Source: Polyangia bacterium (lineage in GTDB: Bacteria > Myxococcota_A > Polyangia > JAAYKL01). Taken from it: a DNA stretch of 64,000 bases. The stretch covers positions 1-64,000 of the forward strand of contig JBNKCR010000045.1 of assembly GCA_050287845.1 (NCBI GenBank). Reading direction: 5' to 3'. How positions within the stretch are numbered: the first letter of the stretch is position 1; each line of letters starts with the position of its first letter. The notes below the pieces were generated by a model. It saw nothing but the letters and a program-made list of their open reading frames with translations, ran no database searches and was not told the DNA's origin. The position numbers were made by a program, and so were the translations under genes. Of this stretch, positions 1-8,617 are shown in pieces.

Positions 1-1171
1 CTTGGCCTTTGGGGGCGAGGGCGCCGATGTATTCGTCTGTTCTGTCGGAGGTGAACAGCTCGCCGAAGGCGATGAGGGCAACGGTGATGGTGCTGAAGAC
101 GGAGCCGATGGGGAGCCAGTCGCCGAAGGTCATCTCGCGCACGCCCCCGGACATGAAGATCGGGACGATGTTGATGAGCATGGACAGGCCGATGATGATG
201 ATGCCGACGATGATGGATTTTATGGGCTTGAGTTTACCGAATATGAAGGTGATCAAGAGCTGAAAGACAACGATGGTTACCGGGTTCGCCGCCGTGATGA
301 GGTCCACCGCTGGATCGGTCTCAACGACCTTCTTCAGGTACAGCGGCAATACGTTGTAGACCTGGGAGTAAATGAAGAAGAACCCCGATGAGACAACGAG
401 GAAAAGGACAAACCGGATGTTCTTTAGGACAAGGCCCATGTCCGCGAGCTTCCGGGCCACCGACTTTTGGGGCTTGTCGTCTTTGACGAACCCCACTTCG
501 GTCTCCGGATCCCAGTAAAGGATCAGCACGGCGAAGAAAGCGAGGATCGAGCACCCCATGGAGACGCCGAAGATATAGGAGAGGTCAAACTCCTTGCGCA
601 TGAAGAAGCTGATGATTCGGCCGAAGATCGAGCCGATGTTGATGACCATGTAGAAGATGCCGAAGCCCAGCGTTGCCCGCCCGACCGCACCGGCGGTCTT
701 CTGGACCGTCCCGGAGATGCACGGCTTGATAACGGAACCCCCCAGTCCGATGAGGACCATTCCGGAGATGATTGGGAGCCAGATGTTCATTCCGGCGGTT
801 ATCTCGCTGCTTATCTCCTTCGAGAGCTTGGCGTCACCGAACCACACCGGGTATCCCATCAGGAAGTAGCCGATGGACAGGAGCACGAAGGCCACGAGGA
901 GCGCTTTCCTGAAACCCACGATGTCAGCGATGGTTCCCGAGAGGATGGGGAGGAAGTAGACCAAGGTCCACAGGAAGCCGTTCAGGTTGCTCGGCCAGTA
1001 GTCGCCCATGCCCAGCTGGCCCAGGTAGAGGACCACGAAGCTGGCCATGGCGTAATAGGCGCCGCGCTCGAACAGCTCGGTGACGTTGGCGGTCCAGAAG
1101 CTCCTGGGGAAGGGCTTCTTTGGCTCAACGGGGGTTTTGACTTCCGCTTCGGCTATTACGTCTTTCGACAT
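1..1171 (-). CDS. MFS transporter, POT/PTR-like proton-dependent oligopeptide transporter family (runs off the window edge)
   Basis: Not in the ORF track. Manual minus-strand translation from the ATG at 1171: MSKDVIAEAEVKTPVEPKKPFPRSFWTANVTELFERGAYYAMASFVVLYL...YFLPILSGTIADIVGFRKALL. ELFER resembles the ExxER(F) POT motif, and many TM helices follow. AAGGAG RBS upstream. Confidence 0.85.
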   Translation of the reverse strand, partial: MSKDVIAEAEVKTPVEPKKPFPRSFWTANVTELFERGAYYAMASFVVLYLGQLGMGDYWPSNLNGFLWTLVYFLPILSGTIADIVGFRKALLVAFVLLSIGYFLMGYPVWFGDAKLSKEISSEITAGMNIWLPIISGMVLIGLGGSVIKPCISGTVQKTAGAVGRATLGFGIFYMVINIGSIFGRIISFFMRKEFDLSYIFGVSMGCSILAFFAVLILYWDPETEVGFVKDDKPQKSVARKLADMGLVLKNIRFVLFLVVSSGFFFIYSQVYNVLPLYLKKVVETDPAVDLITAANPVTIVVFQLLITFIFGKLKPIKSIIVGIIIIGLSMLINIVPIFMSGGVREMTFGDWLPIGSVFSTITVALIAFGELFTSDRTDEYIGALAPKGQ

Positions 1172-1236
1172 TAGTCGCTCCTTGTCGGTTGGAGCGGGAA
1201 GTTAGCATGGTACAGGGAGGTCTGTCTCGGCACAAA

Positions 1237-1349
1237 ATCCTGCGAAGCTCCGTAGGAGCGAAGCGGGATAGCATGGTACGGTTAGGAATGTCTCGGTTGA
1301 AAGTCCTGTGACGTTTGTCCTGCTTCGCTCCTTTGGAGCTTCGCAGGAT
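1237..1349. repeat. Pair of ~34-bp inverted REP-like repeats, each with an internal hairpin
   Basis: 1237-1270 ATCCTGCGAAGCTCCGTAGGAGCGAAGCGGGATA versus the reverse complement of 1316-1349, ATCCTGCGAAGCTCCAAAGGAGCGAAGCAGGACA. Internal GCTCC-NNN-GGAGC stem. Confidence 0.8.
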
Positions 1350-1366
1350 GGAATGACTTCGAGAGC

Positions 1367-2143
1367 TTAGAACTGGGTGGCGGAGTAGTCGCCGGGGGTG
1401 GTGGGGAGGTTGCGGGGGTCGTAGCAGAACTTGACCGGGTCGTGATCGTCGATGCACTCGTACTGGGCCGTGTCCCCGTGGACCGAGTCGGCTTCCGCTC
1501 CCCTACAGTCATTGTTGTCGTTGCAGGATTTGACGCAGATCTTGTTGTCGACGGTTGCGTTGAGGGTTCCGCCCAGGGCCTCCACGTCCTCGGAGGTCTC
1601 TATCATGACCGTGCCCGTCGGGCAGGCGTTCATGGCGGCGTAGTCTCCGAAGGTGGCGTTATTGCAGATCAACTGGGACGCCGTGTTGTCCGGGGTGCAG
1701 TTGGTGGCCATGAGAGCGCAGTAGCCGTTGGCGAAGTAGGTGTTAGTGGCCTGGGTACCGCTGTAGCTCCTAAGGCAGGCCAGATCCGCGTTGGCCTGGG
1801 CGGGAACCCCGTCACAGCCGACGATGGTGGTTCCGACGGGCTTGGGAACGCCCATCTGGGTGCAGTCGGAGCTGGTGCAGTCGCAGGCCGAGCCCAGGGT
1901 GTCGTCGGAATCGGAATCGGTATCGGTATCAGTGTCGGAGTCCGTGTCCGTGTCGGTATCCGAGTCCGTATCCGAGTCCGTATCCGAGTCCGCATCCGTA
2001 TCCACATCCGTATCGGTGTCTGTGTCCGTGTCCGTGTCCCCTGAATCCAAAGGCAATCCACACTCAGAATTGTCATCCCCGGAACCGCAGGCCGCAATTA
2101 AAGCCACACTGGCTACCATTAAAAATGCCAAAAAATATTTCAT
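1367..2143 (-). CDS. Cys-rich lipoprotein with an Asp-Thr/Ser repeat linker
   Basis: Lipobox LIAAC, then a DTDTDTD repeat and a Cys-rich C-terminal domain. Confidence 0.8.
   Translation of the reverse strand: MKYFLAFLMVASVALIAACGSGDDNSECGLPLDSGDTDTDTDTDTDVDTDADSDTDSDTDSDTDTDTDSDTDTDTDSDSDDTLGSACDCTSSDCTQMGVPKPVGTTIVGCDGVPAQANADLACLRSYSGTQATNTYFANGYCALMATNCTPDNTASQLICNNATFGDYAAMNACPTGTVMIETSEDVEALGGTLNATVDNKICVKSCNDNNDCRGAEADSVHGDTAQYECIDDHDPVKFCYDPRNLPTTPGDYSATQF
1901..2040 (-). repeat. Hexanucleotide-based low-complexity repeat encoding (D-T/S/A)n
   Basis: Tandem GAYACG/GACTCG-type units. Confidence 0.9.
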
Positions 2144-2282
2144 CCATCACCTCTATCGCAATTGTTCAAGTCAGCAATCGTCCAGACCGTACCACAAATG
2201 GAGATGACTGGAACAACGGATTTAGCGGATGCGGCTGTGTAAAAACGATATGGAACAGACAAAAGAAAAAAAATGAACACCT

Positions 2283-2771
2283 TCACCGATGAGTTGCGGC
2301 ATGAAAGTCGTTTCCCATCCGCGATACGATCAGTGTTGTGTTGCTCACCAGATGCAAATCCTCAGCCACGACGTTTCTGATACCCGCCACCATCTCTGCA
2401 TGGGCGCCACTGGCGCTCACCATATTGCTGTGCACTTTCGCGCTGTAGCTTTCAATGGTAATCTGCACGTGGTCCAATCCTGCATCCACCAGTTCGCGGA
2501 CATAGGCTGAATTGGCCAGCTTCCCGCCATTGGCAAGCAGTCCGGTGACCAACCCGATGTCTTCCGCCTTTTTTATCAGGTGCGTCAAATCATTAAACAG
2601 GATTGCCTCACCCCCGATGAAACATACATGGGAAACCCCTGCCGCCCACAGCTTTTCCAACACGTCTTCCCATTGGGAAAGCGATAGGGCATTGCCGTTC
2701 TGGCGTGTCTGATTGTAGCAATGATGGCAATCGTTGTTGCACTGACACGTCAGCGCAACGGAGTTTGACTC
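2283..2771 (-). pseudogene. Radical SAM protein fragment (PqqE/SPASM-like), truncated at both ends
   Basis: The frame extends upstream of the called ORF to ALTCQCNNDCHHCYNQ (CxxxCxxC). It also contains FIGGEA and LDHVQITIES. There is no ATG/GTG/TTG before the Cys motif, and the frame ends soon after SNTTL. Confidence 0.75.
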
Positions 2772-4847
2772 TCAGTCATGGGGTTCCGTGGTGAAGGCGG
2801 ATGCCGGCAATCCGTCCCGGTTATACAGACTGAATACCGGGTTGTCTCCCCAGGCGTAACGGACCGCTGTGGGATTGGATATGCCGTTGGCTGACACCAC
2901 AACCGTGTCATCGCGTATTTCCGCCTGGCCCCATTTCCACATTCCGGAGGAATCGGTAATCGCAAAACCGGTGAGCGCGCCACCATCCACCGATTTCAAC
3001 CCGTCCCCCACATGGTCAAAGTAGAGTGTCACTTCGTTGCCGCTGATGACGCTGCTTCGATACAGCGGGCCGGAGTACACCATTTCCGATTCACCATATA
3101 CCAGAGCCCGCGCCGGCAGAGAAAGTCGTCTTCCCGCTTCCGGTTTATCGGGAAAATGCCAATTGCTGGCTGTCCCGATATCCATGTTCACACTCATGGC
3201 CGTGTCGGGTAGAGCCAACGCCAGCCGCTGTCCTTCACGAACCATCGCAACGTAACTCGCGTTATTCGGATCATTTTGCAGATCATGAATATTGGAAAGT
3301 TGTCCAAAATAAAAAGGGAAATCCCCCTGGCCCCAGATATTGCGCCATCCTGTGATGAGAAGCTGAAAAATATCTCCGTATCCCGGCGCGTCCGTGGCAT
3401 TGCAATTCTGCTCTCCCTGTATCCAGATGGTCCCGCGAATGCCATATCCCACCACCGGCGATACCCACTCATTCCACATGGTCCCGATGTCGTCGGTGAC
3501 AATTTCCCGATTCCCCGCGATGGTGGCCGGATCCAACCATGACGCAATTGTAGTTCCCCCCACCGCAGTGACCACAAGGCCAATGGCCACGTCGGTCGAT
3601 TCCAGAATTTCTTTCCCGAAAAAGTATGCCGTCGCTGAGAGGTCCCCTGCGGTTGCCGGTGACACCACCTCCCATGTGGTCGGTGGATTTCCCGGTTGCC
3701 GCACGGTGAAATATCGCATCAGTGGATGGTTTGCCGCAGCAATCGTGTCCAAAAGATTATCGTAAAAACTGAGTCGGGTATCCATGTTGGATTGACCTGC
3801 TGCCTGCCATACCTCGCCCACATACACATCTTCCAACTCCACCGTATTGGTCCCCTCTATGCGCATCGAATACGGACCGCCCGCATCCATCGGTTCGAGT
3901 TCCACCCGCCATTTTCCGTTTCCAACAGCCATTCCATCCCTGGTTTGCCCCCCAATTGTCACCGTCACTTTACCCTCGCCGGAGGCTGTACCCCAGACTG
4001 GAATGGTCTGATTCCGTTGCAACACCATGTGAGAGGCAAAAGGCGGTTCTACCGTGATGTCCCTTGCGGGATCAGCCACACAGATACCCGCGACAATCCC
4101 CGCCCCCCTCACTGTCAGATTGTCAATGTTGGCCAGCCCTTCGTCGCTCGACGCTGCCAGACGGACAGCATTGCTTCCGGCTGACAATGTTACCGCCGCA
4201 GTCATCTCTGACCATGTGGCCCAGTCACCGGACGATGGAAAAGTCAACACACGCGCTTTATCATCATTTATAGACAGCGTTGCCGGTCGATCCGATGTAC
4301 TTGCATAGCGCCAATGCAGATTCACATCCACCCTGGACGCTGCATCAATCTGCCACACAATACCGCTTCCCTCTGAATTATCAGAATTGGCATACCCGCT
4401 TCCATTAAAACCACCGTTATTGATCTCCACCGCACCATCCAAACGACAGAACCCATCTCCAAACTCTTCAATGGTCAGCGAATCGTCGGTCTCATCCGAG
4501 GCCGTATCTTCGTCGGAATCCGTTGAGGGCCGGGTATCCGAATCAATATCCGTATCCGTATCCGTATCCGTATCCGTATCTGTGTCTGAATCCGTATCAG
4601 AATCGCTATCGGTATCGGTGTCAGCGTCCGAATCTGCATCCGTATCCCCATCAGAATCGCTATCGGTATCGGTGTCAGCATCCGAATCGGTATCTGTATC
4701 CCCATCCGTATCGGAGTCAGCGTCTGAATCTGCATCTGTATCCGCATCGGAGTCCATCGTATTGTTTTCAGTTGAAGAATCGGTTCCGGAACATGCTGCG
4801 CCGAGCAACAAAAAAGAAATGACCAAATAAATATGCAGGTTTGTCAC
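2772..4847 (-). CDS. Lipoprotein sialate O-acetylesterase (SASA/SGNH family) with a DT linker and a CBM35/CBM6-like module
   Basis: Lipobox LGAAC; DT repeat; CBM-like GFNGSGYAN...WATW...NIDNL; HMVLQRN, GEVWQAAGQSNM, IWIQGEQN, HFPDKPEAGRRL, AVRYAW, LYNRDGLPASAF. Confidence 0.9.
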   Translation of the reverse strand: MTNLHIYLVISFLLLGAACSGTDSSTENNTMDSDADTDADSDADSDTDGDTDTDSDADTDTDSDSDGDTDADSDADTDTDSDSDTDSDTDTDTDTDTDTDIDSDTRPSTDSDEDTASDETDDSLTIEEFGDGFCRLDGAVEINNGGFNGSGYANSDNSEGSGIVWQIDAASRVDVNLHWRYASTSDRPATLSINDDKARVLTFPSSGDWATWSEMTAAVTLSAGSNAVRLAASSDEGLANIDNLTVRGAGIVAGICVADPARDITVEPPFASHMVLQRNQTIPVWGTASGEGKVTVTIGGQTRDGMAVGNGKWRVELEPMDAGGPYSMRIEGTNTVELEDVYVGEVWQAAGQSNMDTRLSFYDNLLDTIAAANHPLMRYFTVRQPGNPPTTWEVVSPATAGDLSATAYFFGKEILESTDVAIGLVVTAVGGTTIASWLDPATIAGNREIVTDDIGTMWNEWVSPVVGYGIRGTIWIQGEQNCNATDAPGYGDIFQLLITGWRNIWGQGDFPFYFGQLSNIHDLQNDPNNASYVAMVREGQRLALALPDTAMSVNMDIGTASNWHFPDKPEAGRRLSLPARALVYGESEMVYSGPLYRSSVISGNEVTLYFDHVGDGLKSVDGGALTGFAITDSSGMWKWGQAEIRDDTVVVSANGISNPTAVRYAWGDNPVFSLYNRDGLPASAFTTEPHD
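4533..4754 (-). repeat. Asp-Thr/Ser/Ala repeat with an internal ~54-bp-period duplication
   Basis: TCAGAATCGCTATCGGTATCGGTGTCAGC(G/A)TCCGAATC at 4597 and 4651; tandem TCCGTA units. Confidence 0.9.
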
Positions 4848-5174
4848 AGGGAGCCTCTCTGATCTCTGAATAAAAATCGCCGTTCAGCGAAGGGCGATTT
4901 GCCATGCGTTCATCATGCCCTCAACCAACCGAAAGTGCAGTACACCACAATGGTCGATTCGTGGCAGCTTCCCCCTCCCCATCGTAACGCAAAATCGAAA
5001 AATTTTAATCCTTTTCAAAAACGGGGGTGGGCGGATTCTGTCCCAGGCGGGTCACGGGCACAGTTTGCAATGCATACTTTCACATATGGAAAATATTTAT
5101 GGCCCACCAGGAATAATCTCGTCCATCCGACAGGAAAACCCTTTCAGTCCCGGGATTTGTAGTCATCGCAGATA

Positions 5175-5192
5175 TTGGCACAGGACATGCTT
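5175..5192 (+). promoter_or_regulatory. Candidate sigma54 (-24/-12) promoter
   Basis: TTGGCACAGGACATGCTT, with GG(5177)-N10-GC(5189). Confidence 0.4.
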
Positions 5193-5404
5193 ATAAACCC
5201 TGGTAACTTCATTGTCGTGATTCCAGACTTCGCCTCCTTCCTGAATTCTGGGGTCCGGCGTTCAATACCAGCCCTCCCCTCCGACCCTTTTATTCAGCTT
5301 ATTTTTGATGTACTACAAAGGGGTCCGGCTCATTTTGCGAATGACGGTTACCAGTCGATGTTGGAATTGCAGAACCGTTGAGATACGCAGAAGGGAAATG
5401 GTCT

Positions 5405-6037
5405 TTATCGTCCCTTGCAGTTCATGCAGGCAATCACTTTGCCGGAGGGATTTTTGGTGAGATTATACGGATGCACCATTTTGCCGCATTGAGGGCATTC
5501 TCTGGCAGCATCTTCCGACCCGGAAGCGCTCACTTTCCTTACCGGAACTTTCCGTTTGGGGGTGGTTGGCGACCCCTTGGGCTCCTCCGGATCCGGCGGA
5601 AGGTTGTACGGGGAGGTGGCTTCACCAAACTGAATAATATTTTCCTTCTGCGAATTGGGGCCACAGCGCAGCAATCGCTGTTCATCTGAAAACATGACAA
5701 TCATTTTACTGGAGGGAAGCACGGACAGAACGTAACCGTCTCCAAAAGTTTTGTGATGAAAAAAATCTCCCGTCGTATAATCATTCGAATACGCATATGG
5801 GGGACATTTCTTTTTCTGTTTTTCCATCACTGCAGCGTGATCCATCAGCGCAACAATTTTCCCCATCCCTTCTTCGTCCTCAGGTTTGTCCTCGGACGTC
5901 CCAATGGAGAAGGGATTGACAGTGTGGCATTCCGGGCAGCGCAGATGTGCGATGCCGCGTTTGGAAAACAGAATCTGATGAGGTTCTTTTTTTTTACAAT
6001 CCGGACAAGTAACTTTTGAGGTGGATTTACTTTTCAT
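5405..6037 (-). CDS. Zinc-ribbon-containing hypothetical protein
   Basis: CPDC/CPECH pair at the N-terminus, a central YTTGDFFHHKTFGDGYV motif, and a CPQC/CMNC pair at the C-terminus. Start chosen at the ATG at 6037. Confidence 0.7.
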   Translation of the reverse strand: MKSKSTSKVTCPDCKKKEPHQILFSKRGIAHLRCPECHTVNPFSIGTSEDKPEDEEGMGKIVALMDHAAVMEKQKKKCPPYAYSNDYTTGDFFHHKTFGDGYVLSVLPSSKMIVMFSDEQRLLRCGPNSQKENIIQFGEATSPYNLPPDPEEPKGSPTTPKRKVPVRKVSASGSEDAARECPQCGKMVHPYNLTKNPSGKVIACMNCKGR

Positions 6038-6310
6038 AAAGTGAGTTCTTTTTACTTTCCAGCACAATACCCCACCCGTCACATACAGCAACGACAGGTG
6101 GTAATTGCGCCAAGGAGGTATGGACTGACCGCAAACTCGAAAGAGATTTTAAAGAAGTGCATCTAACGATCGATTCAGATGAATTGAATACTGTATTGAC
6201 CCGAAAGTCAAGAACGTACACGGCCATACGCCCCCCCGGGACTCGAATTCCGCCAGATGAAGCGCGATACGAATTGACCTTTTCTCCCCGCTCTGGATAT
6301 TCAGAAGAAC

Positions 6311-7117
6311 ATGAGCAGGATACCCCGAATGGATTTACCACAATTTGAACGGTACATCGGAATTGACTACTCCGGTGCAAAGACAGCCACCTCCAGTCTG
6401 AGAGGGTTGCGTGTTTATATGGCTCAAAAAACGTCGCTCCCCGTCGAGGTATTGCCGCCGCACCGTCTGAAGAAATACTGGACGCGACGTGGCATTGCAG
6501 AATGGCTGGTGAGTGTTTTTACAGAAAATATTCCGACAATTACGGGAATTGACCATTCTTTTTCTTTTCCAGAAAAATACTTTGAAACCCATCACATCCC
6601 ACCGGATTGGGACATTTTTTTAGACGACTTTCACTCGCACTGGCCAACCGACGATGATCATATTACCGTTGATGCTGTTCGTGATGGTTTACGTGGCAAC
6701 GGCAATGCACGTTTGGGGAATTCCCGCTGGCGCCGCGTCGCCGAAGTACGCTCCGGCGCCAAATCGGTTTTTCATTTTGATGTGCCCGGGTCGGTCGCCA
6801 AATCAACCCATTCCGGTTTGCCCTGGCTGCGCCATATCCGCCGCAAAGTGGGGAGCAGTGTTCATTTCTGGCCTTTCGATGGATGGGAGATTCCAGCGAA
6901 AAAATCGGCCCTTGCCGAGATTTATCCGTCATTGTGGCGCAAGCGCTTTGTGCAGGATGACCTCACCGCGGACCAACAGGACGCCTATGCCGGGGCAGCC
7001 TGGCTCCGTAACGCGGATCAGAGTGGAGAACTGACCCGCTATTTTCATCCACAGCCCGGGCCGCAAAACCTTGCCATTGCTTCGAATATTGAAGGTTGGA
7101 TACTGGGGGTCCTGTAA
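6311..7117 (+). CDS. Hypothetical protein, DUF429-like predicted RNase H-fold nuclease
   Basis: YIGIDYSGA, GIDHSFSFP, VHFWPFDGW, AEIYPSL, DQQDAY, EGWILGV. Confidence 0.65.
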   Translation: MSRIPRMDLPQFERYIGIDYSGAKTATSSLRGLRVYMAQKTSLPVEVLPPHRLKKYWTRRGIAEWLVSVFTENIPTITGIDHSFSFPEKYFETHHIPPDWDIFLDDFHSHWPTDDDHITVDAVRDGLRGNGNARLGNSRWRRVAEVRSGAKSVFHFDVPGSVAKSTHSGLPWLRHIRRKVGSSVHFWPFDGWEIPAKKSALAEIYPSLWRKRFVQDDLTADQQDAYAGAAWLRNADQSGELTRYFHPQPGPQNLAIASNIEGWILGVL

Positions 7118-7286
7118 ATCCACAAAAGAACGTTCTGTTTTTTCTGTCGACCGACAAATCAGGGCAAAGACGAGGTTCGTCGCGACATGGAATTTAATTT
7201 CACATATCGGCGAAGCCGGATACATGCCGAGCGAGCAGTCCGGGAAGCAACTATCCGTTGGCGGTATTTCACTGTTTCAGACGGTA

Positions 7287-7721
7287 TTAATCAAAACTCG
7301 GAAAATCTTTGGCGAAACGACGAATCCATTCCATCGCAGCCTGTTCACCGCTCAGCTTCCGCCCCTCGGTTTTCAGCACCTCTTTTTTAAAATGCTCAAT
7401 ATGGCAGACCTGCTCCACCATGCGCATTCGAAATTTAGTCTCCGCATCTTTAAACTGGACTCCCACATCAAATGTGCCGTCTTCTTTATCGGTGCACCAT
7501 ACGACAATACCGCGAATGTGCATTTCCGGATTTCGTATCGGAATCGCAATATCGATGTCTGCACCCACGGTCAGTCTGGTTTGCGATAAAAACGCAAGAC
7601 CACCCATGGAAATATTGCGCAGATATTCCGTATCACGCACCACCACATCCCCAAGTGTCCACGACAGAGGAATATCTGCAGGATGACGTATGGACTCACG
7701 TCTCTGTACTACTTCAGTCAT
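7287..7721 (-). CDS. PilZ domain protein
   Basis: RRESIR (RxxxR) and NISMGGLAF (D/NxSxxG) motifs; AAGGAGG RBS before the ATG at 7721. Confidence 0.9.
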   Translation of the reverse strand: MTEVVQRRESIRHPADIPLSWTLGDVVVRDTEYLRNISMGGLAFLSQTRLTVGADIDIAIPIRNPEMHIRGIVVWCTDKEDGTFDVGVQFKDAETKFRMRMVEQVCHIEHFKKEVLKTEGRKLSGEQAAMEWIRRFAKDFPSFD

Positions 7722-7998
7722 AACACCCTCCTTAAAACGCCCTGAATCAGAGCTCAACTCATACCCGCTTCAGGACTATCACCCTGCAAAGCGGCACAGG
7801 GCCTGCGGCGCCTCCCATCCGGAATGACACTGCGATTCCTTCATTTGCATCGCCTTGTCCCGGCAACAACGGTTAACAGAAAAGATAACCACCATCAGTC
7901 AAAGATAAATTCCAGTATACTGCAGCATTTGCCCTGTTCACCTCTCTGCAGAAGAAATCCTGAGAACAAATGGGCACCCGATTGAATTGAGGCGCAGT

Positions 7999-8090
7999 GA
8001 AGCCCGTGTCTATATCGGAAAATCCAGTGGCACACCCGAATTCGCGGTGGCATCAATTCGCAGATGGTGGAGCGCATGGGCAGGCTCGCC
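7999..8090 (+). mobile_element. ISAzo13-family transposase remnant
   Basis: EARVYIGKSSGTPEFAVASIRRWW resembles the conserved ISAzo13 G.V.VG...DT.EFAV.SIR.WW segment; only a short fragment remains. Confidence 0.6.
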
Positions 8091-8617
8091 CGAACGGGCA
8101 TTCCTTCTGCATTTCCAGCACACGCTGGCGGCACAGAGGACTACCGGTCCCTGGCATGGAAAGGCGAGCGTCAAAATTTACCGACGACATTCACCGCCAA
8201 AAGGATCTGACTGATTTGATCATCCGATAATGTTAAACCCCGACGTGTGCAGGTGGCAGATAAACAGACAGATAGCATTGTCCGTTTCAGTATTTATTGA
8301 TTTTTCGACCGTCTCTGACTTTCGGTTGAACGCGGATGTTTTCCCCAAAGGGAACCATGTGAGAGAAATTGGTTCGATTCAGAAAAATCGACGAAACTGA
8401 AAAAGCGTCCCCGGCTGTAATATCTGCATATCCCCAATGAATCGCTCCAACAAAACGGCTTTTTCCGAATTGCTGTTTTGATTAAAATAAATTCTTGTTT
8501 ATACTTGTTTTGGATTATTTTCAGAAAGTTTGTCGGAACAGACCTTTGGGAATGTTGAATGAAAAACAGGATAGATCTGATATTTCGCAACTCAGACCAA
8601 GTGCAAGGAGGATAAGA

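Noticed and set aside
2..1174. Plus-strand ORFs 2..391 and 467..1174
   Set aside because: Antisense shadows of the GC-rich minus-strand MFS gene.
2772..2774. TGA as a selenocysteine codon
   Set aside because: The position does not correspond to a conserved Cys, I recognised no SECIS-like hairpin, and the esterase ends at its natural C-terminus.
4387..4830. Ser-Val, Arg-Ile and Tyr-Pro repeat ORFs (also at 1442-2207)
   Set aside because: Alternative frames of the Asp-Thr hexamer repeats.
6095..6348. Open frame overlapping the start of the DUF429-like gene
   Set aside because: No recognisable motif or good start. It may be a 3' remnant but cannot be supported.
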